A stretch of 64,000 nucleotides of DNA, from sequence record ON529853.1; one strand, given 5' to 3'. Every line of letters starts with the position of its first letter. Position 1 is the stretch's first letter. Position numbers and translations under genes: made by a program. Below, piece by piece: positions 54,611 to 62,212 of this stretch. The notes under the pieces are model-generated. The model worked only from the letters and a program-made list of their open reading frames with translations, was not told where the DNA came from and searched no databases.

Positions 54611-55160
54611 GAGTCGTGGCGGGGTCCTCGGTTTTCATCGTCGCGGCCGGCGTGCCTTTCGCTAAACGATCCCGCATCTCTTCGCGCCGGGCGGACCCGG
54701 ACTACTTTACCGCCGGCCCCCATACGGTGAACCTAGAAGGCAGGGCCTCAAGCGCATCCTAGCAGCGCCATAGCGGTGTGTGAGGAAGGGCTTCTCACCT
54801 CACGACCTTGGAAGTGGACGACCGGGGAAGCGTCCCGCCGGCCTGGTCGTCCGGGCATTGCGCCCTTGAAAGCGAAACGGCAGGTGGGGACGGACCCGAC
54901 CTGCCGCTCTGTGACCAGGGGAGTGGCGTACCTGTCCCGTTGGTCGGTGCGGCGGCGCATGGTCCGAAGACCAGAGGAGCCTGTGATCAGGGGTAACTCG
55001 AAAGTCCCGCGCGCTCACCCGCTGCTGTTTATTCTGATGCCCCGTCGTTCCAGCCGGGGACTGCGTGTGGCCGTCGCCAATACCGCCTTGGTCCGTTCCA
55101 GGAGCCACCCTGCCTGAGCAGTCGCCAGCGAAGCCGTACTATAAGCGCCTCGCCGAGAAG
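54611..55160 (-). ncRNA. Candidate large structured RNA of about 550 nt
   Basis: Bounded by a consensus promoter and a terminator. No credible ORF. Many hairpins and long-range complements. Confidence 0.5.
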
Positions 55161-55167
55161 AGGCCGG

Positions 55168-55207
55168 ACTATAATCGTAGTTTTCTGTTATGTCAAGATC
55201 GACGGCA
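55168..55207 (-). promoter_or_regulatory. Sigma70-like promoter
   Basis: TTGACA-17 nt-TATAGT. Confidence 0.8.
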
Positions 55208-55213
55208 GAAAAA

Positions 55214-55573
55214 TTAGCGGCCGAAGCGGAAAAATCGCTTCAGCGGCGATTCCGTCTCGCGCTTGTATTGCTCGGCGTAGTCGGCCTTGCGTTTCTTGGT
55301 CTCGCCGACGGTGTCATGGCAATCCGCCCAGGCGCCGTGCAGGTCCCGATCGTAGGCGGCCTTGTCCTCATCCAGACGCGGCAGTCCCGGCGCGGGGCGC
55401 GGGGGCACGACGGGCTCGTCCCGGCACTCGGTGATCGAGTCCGGGTAGAGGCTGTCAGGGGACAACAACACCGTCGGGCTGCTTGCGCAGGCCGACAGCA
55501 GCAGGCTGGTCGTCAGCAGGAGCGCCGCCAGTCGGGCGGGCTTGCGCTTCCGCGCGGCGGTCGAGGGCTTCAT
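55214..55573 (-). CDS. Outer-membrane spanin (Rz1-like lipoprotein)
   Basis: LLLSAC lipobox, Pro-rich, overlaps the 3' end of the i-spanin gene. Confidence 0.7.
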   Translation of the reverse strand: MKPSTAARKRKPARLAALLLTTSLLLSACASSPTVLLSPDSLYPDSITECRDEPVVPPRPAPGLPRLDEDKAAYDRDLHGAWADCHDTVGETKKRKADYAEQYKRETESPLKRFFRFGR

Positions 55574-55988
55574 CTTGGGCTCCGTGATAGTCGGGTCGTT
55601 CGGCGGCGATGCCGTCAAGGGCGGCGTCGTGTTTGCGGCCCTGGGGGGCCTGTTCAATCCGCGTGGTGATGCGGTCGTTCTGGGTGCGGCGCACGTCGCG
55701 CTGGGCGGCGCGCCGCGTCTGGGATTTCTGGGCGTCCTCGTCCGCCTGGGCCTGGCGGGCGGCGCCGGCGATCTGGGCCTCAAGGGCGTCGGCGCGCTTC
55801 TCCGAGTGGGCGAAGGCCAGGACCGCCAGAACCAGGCCCAGGACGAACCAGGTGCGGATGTCGGCCGCGATCTTCATGACGAACGCCGGCCCCACCGTGA
55901 ACCACAGGGCGACCACGGCGGCGCAGACCGCCGCAATCGTCCACAGGGTGGCGGGGTTGAGCAGGAGGGCCAGAAGGATGGAGAACAT
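55455..55988 (-). CDS. Inner-membrane spanin (Rz-like)
   Basis: N-terminal TM segments and a coiled-coil periplasmic domain, in the lysis cassette. Confidence 0.65.
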   Translation of the reverse strand: MFSILLALLLNPATLWTIAAVCAAVVALWFTVGPAFVMKIAADIRTWFVLGLVLAVLAFAHSEKRADALEAQIAGAARQAQADEDAQKSQTRRAAQRDVRRTQNDRITTRIEQAPQGRKHDAALDGIAAERPDYHGAQDEALDRRAEAQARPTGGAPADDQPAAVGLRKQPDGVVVP

Positions 55989-56449
55989 CAGCGCTTGAAC
56001 GTCACAGGGTGGATGCCCTGGCGATAGCCTGAGCCGTTGTAGGTCAGGTTCTGCCGGCGCATCCGGGGGTTGAAGGAGATGTGTACCCACCAGGCGCCGT
56101 TGGGCTTGCGCTCGTGGATCAACTGGTCGTAGTCCAGTTCGGAGGCGGCGATCTCGCGGCAGATCGCCAGGGGATCGCCGAAGCCGGGGCAGGTGAAGTC
56201 GACGGCCCAGCCCAGGGCGTGGTCGGAGTTGGGCACGCCGCCCACGGCGCGGTTGACGGCCGGGTTGCGGTAGGCCGAGTTGACCCGGATGGCGTTGTCG
56301 CCCAGCACCCAGCGCACCTGCTCCATCCGCTGGGCGGTCTGGCGCATATTCTCCAGGTGGGCTGGGGTCGGCATGTTGTCGTTGCGCAGACGAGCGGCGG
56401 CGTCTGACCGCACAAACTCTGCAAGCGTGAAATGGTCAGACAGACGCAT
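55988..56449 (-). CDS. Peptidase M15A-type endolysin
   Basis: SAYRNPAVNRAVGG..NSDH..GWAVD and WVHISF zinc motifs. Confidence 0.85.
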   Translation of the reverse strand: MRLSDHFTLAEFVRSDAAARLRNDNMPTPAHLENMRQTAQRMEQVRWVLGDNAIRVNSAYRNPAVNRAVGGVPNSDHALGWAVDFTCPGFGDPLAICREIAASELDYDQLIHERKPNGAWWVHISFNPRMRRQNLTYNGSGYRQGIHPVTFKR

Positions 56450-57018
56450 CAGTCCGTCACCCCCGTGTCCGAGGCCTTGTCGTCATCGACAGAGGGCATG
56501 GGGCGTCCGCCCCGGAAATCATTGCGTCCGCCGTATCCGCCGTATCCGCCGCCGAAGCCCCCGCCGCTGTAGTCGTCGTCCTTCTTGCCGCCGCCGAAGC
56601 CGTAGTCGACGTTGCGCGAGGTGGACGGGTCGACGTCCGGATCATCGGCGGTGGTGACCAGGGTCAGGCCGGCTCCGCCCGGTCCCTTCAGCGACAGGCC
56701 CTTGATCGTGCCCAGCATCGAGATGATGACCAGGGCGTAGAGACCCAGGAAGATGTAGCCGTAGTTGATCAGGCCGGTGATGATCTGGGTCTGGAGGCCG
56801 TTGTAGGCGCCGGTGTAGGTGACGCCGAACCAGACCAGCACGATGATCATGCCGATGAAGAGCGGGAACAGCGACATGCCCGACAGGATGATCGACACGC
56901 GCTGGAGGTGGTCCGGGCGATCGCACAGGACGTCCATGGTGTCGCGCATCCAGCGGAAGAAGCGGCTCATGTTGTGGCGCAGCCGCAGCGGCGACGGCGA
57001 GGTCGGCCAGCCGGACAT
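56449..57018 (-). CDS. Holin-like membrane protein with Gly-rich tail
   Basis: Two TM segments, located between the two endolysins. Start at 57018 or 56970. Confidence 0.55.
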   Translation of the reverse strand: MSGWPTSPSPLRLRHNMSRFFRWMRDTMDVLCDRPDHLQRVSIILSGMSLFPLFIGMIIVLVWFGVTYTGAYNGLQTQIITGLINYGYIFLGLYALVIISMLGTIKGLSLKGPGGAGLTLVTTADDPDVDPSTSRNVDYGFGGGKKDDDYSGGGFGGGYGGYGGRNDFRGGRPMPSVDDDKASDTGVTD

Positions 57019-57626
57019 CAGCGGTAGGACCAGGCGGTCTGAAGCGACTGGGCGGCGGGGTGGCCGCCGTAGACCATCAGTTCGGCCAGGCGGCGGCGAT
57101 AGAGCCCCAGCGCCCACTTGCCGTTGGCGTTGGACCAGCGGGCGAAGGCGATCTGGATGTTGACCGGTTCGGCCTTGGCCTTGGACTGCGCCGCCAGGCC
57201 CGACATGGAGATGTTGCCGACCTTGCGGGCGCCCTGGGCGTGCAGACGCGCGACCGCCGAGGAGCGGAACCCGGCGGTGCCGATGTTGAAGCACATGGAG
57301 ACCATGGCGTCGAACTCGCCCTGGTAGGTGCGGGCGTCGGCGATCCGGTTGACCTCGGCGACGTAGCGCTTGAGGTCGTCGGTCAGCAGGGCGTCGGCTT
57401 CGGCGACGGTGATGCGCTGTTTGCCGAACATCCGCTGCATGGCTTCGCGGGTCAGTTGATCCGCGCGCGGGCGGCCGAAGACGTCATAGTCGATGATCTG
57501 TCCCGTCGGCGTCGTCAGGGCGTGGCCCCAGCCGATGGTCGAGACGTGGGCCGAGCAGTAATAAGGCTCGGCCTCGAACTGCTCGGTGGACTGAATCAGC
57601 TTCAGCCCTTCCGAGGAAATTTGCAT
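57018..57626 (-). CDS. GH24 lysozyme (endolysin)
   Basis: ISSEGLKLI..E..PYYCSAHVSTIGWGH, FDAMVSMCFNIG and GLYRRR. Confidence 0.85.
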   Translation of the reverse strand: MQISSEGLKLIQSTEQFEAEPYYCSAHVSTIGWGHALTTPTGQIIDYDVFGRPRADQLTREAMQRMFGKQRITVAEADALLTDDLKRYVAEVNRIADARTYQGEFDAMVSMCFNIGTAGFRSSAVARLHAQGARKVGNISMSGLAAQSKAKAEPVNIQIAFARWSNANGKWALGLYRRRLAELMVYGGHPAAQSLQTAWSYR

Positions 57627-57726
57627 TGTAATGGAGACACGGGCTGTCAAAAAGTCTGGCAGATTGTGCCAGACATATTGACATTCGTCAAGAACTCCAC
57701 TAGGGGCGCGCCCGCGTCGCGCCGAC

Positions 57727-58851
57727 TCAGTCCTCGGGCGGCAGCAGCGTCAGGCCCGGCGGCACGGGCGCGCGAGGATCGATCCCGGCGGCGGTCCAGG
57801 CCCGATGCGGCACCTGGAGCGTCGATCGCCCTTCCAGCGCGCGCTCCAGCGCCTGGCTGAAGCGGGGCAGGGCCAGGCCGGTGCCGTAGGTCCAGATGTG
57901 GTCGCCGTGCCGGCGCAGGCCGAAGGAGCCGATCTCAATGCCCGCCAGCATCAGATCGCGGCCCTCGTCGGTCTTCTCCTGGGACAGGGCGGCCTCTGGC
58001 GCGCCGAGGCGAAGCGCCAGTGCATGGGCGTCGGCCAGCATCGCCTTCCAGCCCGTGTCGCTGGCGTAGGTGGCGTCGTAGAGTTCGACCTTCATGAAGG
58101 TCGGAAAGTGCAGGTCGTCCTCGGCGTCGCCCAGCCGGAAGCAGGGCGTGCAGGCGACCATGGGGCCGTGGCCGATGGCGCCGTCTTTATCCAGGTGGAG
58201 GAAGGACTGTTCGGCGGAGCCCACCAGATAGCCCAGTCCCTCCACCCGCGCGGCGTATTCGGGGTTCGGGCAGGTGATGTCGACGGTGTCCTTGGACACC
58301 GCCCAGGGCGTCTCGACATAGCGGTAACCCTCGGCCTCGTAGAAGGCCAGGGCTTCGCCCAGCAGGGCGTAGTCGATGCGCGGCATCCGGGGCAGGTCTT
58401 TGTGAGCCGTGATGACAGGATGGCGCCCGCGCATCTGGCTGATCTCGTTGCGGATCACGCCGACCCAGCGCGACTGCTTGGGCGAGCCGGTCTCGGCGTG
58501 ATCGATCGCCTCCAGCGGCTGGTCGTTGAGGTGCGCCAGCGGGGCCGACAGGCCGTAGCGCTTGTGAATTTGCGCGCGCACATAGTCGGGCCACTCAATA
58601 TCGCTGGCCCGATAGAAGCGCCAGTCCGGCGGCGGCGGCGGGCTCGGACGGCGGACCTGCTCCGCCGCTATCAGGGCGCGCAGCTTGGCCTCCAGCTTGG
58701 GACCGTAGCCGGATTGGAACCAGGGCGTGGGCCGCGCCATCATGTCGTCCAGCGTCACCGTGGGGTGAAACTCCGAGGTGAAGACCGCCTCCTCTAACCG
58801 CTCCAGGTCCAGGTCGATCACAAAAACAGAACGCCAGTCAGCGTCGTCCAT
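57727..58851 (-). CDS. Class II aminoacyl-tRNA-synthetase-like catalytic core (SerRS-like) with unknown N-terminal region
   Basis: YLVGSAEQSFL, TPCFR...FMKVEL (motif 2), EIGS and YGTGLALPR (motif 3). Confidence 0.6.
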   Translation of the reverse strand: MDDADWRSVFVIDLDLERLEEAVFTSEFHPTVTLDDMMARPTPWFQSGYGPKLEAKLRALIAAEQVRRPSPPPPPDWRFYRASDIEWPDYVRAQIHKRYGLSAPLAHLNDQPLEAIDHAETGSPKQSRWVGVIRNEISQMRGRHPVITAHKDLPRMPRIDYALLGEALAFYEAEGYRYVETPWAVSKDTVDITCPNPEYAARVEGLGYLVGSAEQSFLHLDKDGAIGHGPMVACTPCFRLGDAEDDLHFPTFMKVELYDATYASDTGWKAMLADAHALALRLGAPEAALSQEKTDEGRDLMLAGIEIGSFGLRRHGDHIWTYGTGLALPRFSQALERALEGRSTLQVPHRAWTAAGIDPRAPVPPGLTLLPPED

Positions 58852-59314
58852 TGACGAAAGCCCTTTCGGTGATGTCGGCCATGGTGTCCAGGTCCGCCAT
58901 GGTGAGATTGAAGCGGGCGAGATAAGCCCGGATGGCGCCCTGGAGGTCCGCCAGTTCGACCAGGCCCATGATGGTGGCGCCCTGCTGGACCGCGTCGGCG
59001 AACTCAGCCGCCTCTTCGATGATCTTGGAGGGTTCGCCGAGCACGCCCTTGGCGATCGGGGTCAGGTGGTAGCCCGGTCTAACTTCCTCAGCCGCCTCGA
59101 ACGGCCTCATCACCTGGGCGAACTCGTGGGCGGTCATTCCGCCGTCGTTCAGGCCGTCAAGGGCTGCGCTGGCATAGCGATCATATTGGTCTTTGTTCGG
59201 CCCTTCTCGCGACGTATCGCCGAACTCGCGCAGGCTCTCGTAGTCATGGCCGTCCCGGCGCGCGAGATGCGTCACGATTGCCGTGAACTGGCGTTGGTAG
59301 AGGTCGTCTAACAT
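58838..59314 (-). CDS. Protein with C-terminal MazG-like domain
   Basis: KIIEEAAEFADA...LVELADLQGAI. Confidence 0.6.
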   Translation of the reverse strand: MLDDLYQRQFTAIVTHLARRDGHDYESLREFGDTSREGPNKDQYDRYASAALDGLNDGGMTAHEFAQVMRPFEAAEEVRPGYHLTPIAKGVLGEPSKIIEEAAEFADAVQQGATIMGLVELADLQGAIRAYLARFNLTMADLDTMADITERAFVNGRR

Positions 59315-59345
59315 CCGCCACGGTTACGTCAGAGACCCGCTGGTG

Positions 59346-59975
59346 TCAAGCAACCTGACGGTGGTTGACGGGAATCTCGTCATCCGCCAGCAGGTCCGCC
59401 AGCGGGCGTTCCGGAATATAGGTCAGCGACGACGGCGTCGCGCGCACGATCTCGATCCCGCGTGCCTGGAGCGCCGCGATCAGGGGCGGATAGAGAGGGC
59501 CGAAGGCCTTGGTGTAGTTGGTTTCCTTGGTCGGCACCGGATGACCGGCGTGCCAGTGGGAGGCCGTGCCGCCCTGGAACCCCATGTCGTAGCCCAGCAG
59601 GACGATCCGGGCGACGCCCAGGTGCAGGCACAGGTTCAGCGCCATGTAGCCGCTGTCGTGGCCGGCGAGGTGTTCAGGATCAGTCGACAGCACCGGGCCG
59701 CCGGCCTCGAAACGCATGTCGCGGTAGAGGCGTTCGACCCGACGATCGACGGTCGGCGAGGGCGTGAGGATGCGGCCCGAGAAGGTCGGCGGCACACGGT
59801 CGCGATGCCAGTCCCACCAGCGGGCGTCGGCGAAGAAGAGGATGTCGGGGTCGGGGACGATCTGGTAGGCGTTGTTCAGCGCGATCGTGCGCCGGTCGCG
59901 CAGACCGCTCAGGTCCATGCCCTTCAGGCTCGGTCCGCCGCCGATAATGTATGCCGTCTCGCCGCGCCAGTCCAT
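59346..59975 (-). CDS. DUF115/MAF-type glycosyltransferase-like protein
   Basis: AYIIGGGPSL, IALN, SGYMALNL..HLG...IVLLGYDM. Confidence 0.55.
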   Translation of the reverse strand: MDWRGETAYIIGGGPSLKGMDLSGLRDRRTIALNNAYQIVPDPDILFFADARWWDWHRDRVPPTFSGRILTPSPTVDRRVERLYRDMRFEAGGPVLSTDPEHLAGHDSGYMALNLCLHLGVARIVLLGYDMGFQGGTASHWHAGHPVPTKETNYTKAFGPLYPPLIAALQARGIEIVRATPSSLTYIPERPLADLLADDEIPVNHRQVA

Positions 59976-60055
59976 GCGTCCCCTCTGTCAACGATCGCCG
60001 TCAGAGCCCTCATAGAGGACCCGACGGCGTTGTCAACAAGGACGGCAATGAAGGC

Positions 60056-61135
60056 CTATTGCGTGACCTTCCAGCCGAACTCGGCCGCGTTGACTTCGGC
60101 GGCAGTCCAGGCGCCGCCGCCGGGGCGAGGCAGCACGGTCTGCTCGGCGCGGTAGGCGTTGGTCATCTCAATCAGGACCGCCTGGGGCGCCCCATCCGTC
60201 TCGGTCCCCGCCAGGCGGGCGACCGGTGCGATCTTGCGCGGCGACATGCCCGGCGTCCGCGCCGTCATCGTGGCGACGACCGCGTGAACGGTGGCGGTCG
60301 CCGCCCCCGCCGTCAGGTCGCCGTAGACGTAGGTGTCCTTGGACCCGACGGTGCTGATCGCGGCGTAGGAGGTGTCGTTGTTCGGCACCACTTCGGAGAC
60401 CGCCTGCCAGGCCGTCGCCGCGCCGGTCGGCGTGGACTGGGTCGTGGTGCCGGGACCGGTCGGCCGGATCGTCTCCATGACCAGGTCGCCCAGGAAGCCG
60501 TTCATCGTCGACCCTGCCGAATTATGGATCAGAGGGTCGTCCAGTCGCCAGCTACCGCTCGTGTGGAACGAGGCGCTGTAGATCGACTTCGGCCCTACCT
60601 GATAGAGGTCTCCAGTGAAGTCGATGACGGTGACGCCGTTAAGACGGATTTCGGCGGTGCCGCCCGTATCATCGATATTGGCGACGCGCATCTCGACGCG
60701 CAGCCACGCCCCCAGCGCCAAGGGCATGTCAGCCGTGGCGATGACCGTGTTGTTTCGCAGCAGCACAAGCTGCCCCGTGACGTTGATCCCGACGCAAACC
60801 CAGGTGTCCAGCGTGCCGGCGGGGTTCGATCCCGTGGTCGATGACGGGCCGGTATTGACGGCGCTCATGAGGTGCCGAAGGTTGGTCGGGGTCGACAACA
60901 TGTAGATGGAGGCAGACAAAAACAGCGTATCTTGGCCCACGCCGCAATGCGGCGTCGGGAGCGCTTTCGAGAGAATGCCCTGGGCGGTCGCCGAGGACCC
61001 CGTGAGGCTGACGCCCCCCAGGCGCCCGGTCGTGGTCGAGAGCGTCTGTGAGGTCGTCGGCGCCGCGTCCCACTTGCGCGCGAGGTCGGCGACCGCCGCG
61101 TGGGAGTCGAGAGAGTCGTTGAAGATATGCGCCAT
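60056..61135 (-). CDS. Probable virion structural protein (beta-rich)
   Basis: Thr/Gly-rich 359 aa ORF in the tail-gene neighbourhood. Confidence 0.6.
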   Translation of the reverse strand: MAHIFNDSLDSHAAVADLARKWDAAPTTSQTLSTTTGRLGGVSLTGSSATAQGILSKALPTPHCGVGQDTLFLSASIYMLSTPTNLRHLMSAVNTGPSSTTGSNPAGTLDTWVCVGINVTGQLVLLRNNTVIATADMPLALGAWLRVEMRVANIDDTGGTAEIRLNGVTVIDFTGDLYQVGPKSIYSASFHTSGSWRLDDPLIHNSAGSTMNGFLGDLVMETIRPTGPGTTTQSTPTGAATAWQAVSEVVPNNDTSYAAISTVGSKDTYVYGDLTAGAATATVHAVVATMTARTPGMSPRKIAPVARLAGTETDGAPQAVLIEMTNAYRAEQTVLPRPGGGAWTAAEVNAAEFGWKVTQ

Positions 61136-61138
61136 GTC

Positions 61139-62212
61139 TTAAGGGGTCCGAATGATTTCAATCGTTTGTTGGGTCGTCTGGACGGCCTGCGCGGCGCGGG
61201 CCACAAGGACCTCCATCGTCTCTTGGGTCACGCGGGTCGGCTGGGCCGTCCGCACCGTGAGGGCCTCCAAGACGTGATGCGTCAGGCGCACGGGTTGGGG
61301 ATCGTCCGCGTGAGCGCGGATGACCATCACGCCTGCACGCCCCGCCGTGGCGTAAGGCCCGCCATAGCCGAATTCGCTTCCGGGGTAGTCTGTGTCGGTG
61401 ATGTTGACCGGCGTGCGGCTGATCCCGCCCCCCGCAAATTGCGGCAGGTCGTAATAGAGATGGTAGCCGTCCAGGCGCCACGACGATCCGCCACCCGCCG
61501 GACCGCTGTAGAGGGTGTCGTTGCGGTAACCGCCGCCGCCGCCGTAATAACCGCCGCCGCCGCCGCCGCCGCCGTTCTCAAACGCCCGGATCGACGTCGT
61601 ATATCCCAGCCCGCCTTGCAGATACCCGCCGCGCGACAGGGGATTGACGTTGAGCGGCAGGCCCTCGCCCCCCTCTGTCTGGGTGCCGCCCGTGGCGTGC
61701 GCGCTGGAGCCGCCGACGGCGCCACCGCCGCGTCCCGCATAGGTGTTCAGGTTGCCGGCTCCGCCGCCGCCCGCCGCCACCAGGGCCAGTTGGCCTTGAA
61801 GCCACAGGCGGGTCGAGCCGCCGCCGCCGCCCGAGATGGAGGCGATCGTACTACCCGTATGACGCCCGCGCCCGCCGTCGCCGCCGTCAGGCCAGCCGCC
61901 ATAGCCGCCGCGAACGTCGCCCGTGAGAAGGCCGAGTTCGCCGCCGCCGCCGACTTCGATAGCGATCACCTCGCCCGGCGTCACCTCGAAGACCCGCGAA
62001 ATGTAACCCCCGGCGGCGCCGACGATCGAGCCAAAGGTGCCGTGGGGGACGCTGGCGCCGCCCGCCCCCCAGGCCTTGACCTCGATCAACTTGCATCCTG
62101 CGGGGATTTTGCGAAGTTCGCGAGTCCGCGTGAAGTTGATGATGTTCAGGCCCAGCGTGAGCGGGACGGCCGAGGCGCTACGCGCGGCGGCGACGAAGCC
62201 AGGGATCAACAT
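61139..62212 (-). CDS. Glycine-rich virion/tail fibre protein
   Basis: WGAGGA, GGWPDGG, GGGGGST, GGTQTEGG and GGGGYYGGGGG blocks. Confidence 0.7.
   Translation of the reverse strand: MLIPGFVAAARSASAVPLTLGLNIINFTRTRELRKIPAGCKLIEVKAWGAGGASVPHGTFGSIVGAAGGYISRVFEVTPGEVIAIEVGGGGELGLLTGDVRGGYGGWPDGGDGGRGRHTGSTIASISGGGGGSTRLWLQGQLALVAAGGGGAGNLNTYAGRGGGAVGGSSAHATGGTQTEGGEGLPLNVNPLSRGGYLQGGLGYTTSIRAFENGGGGGGGGYYGGGGGYRNDTLYSGPAGGGSSWRLDGYHLYYDLPQFAGGGISRTPVNITDTDYPGSEFGYGGPYATAGRAGVMVIRAHADDPQPVRLTHHVLEALTVRTAQPTRVTQETMEVLVARAAQAVQTTQQTIEIIRTP

Noticed and set aside
54680-54700. AAAGTAGTCC as a group I intron S element
   Set aside because: No recognisable P7/R partner and no interrupted host gene.
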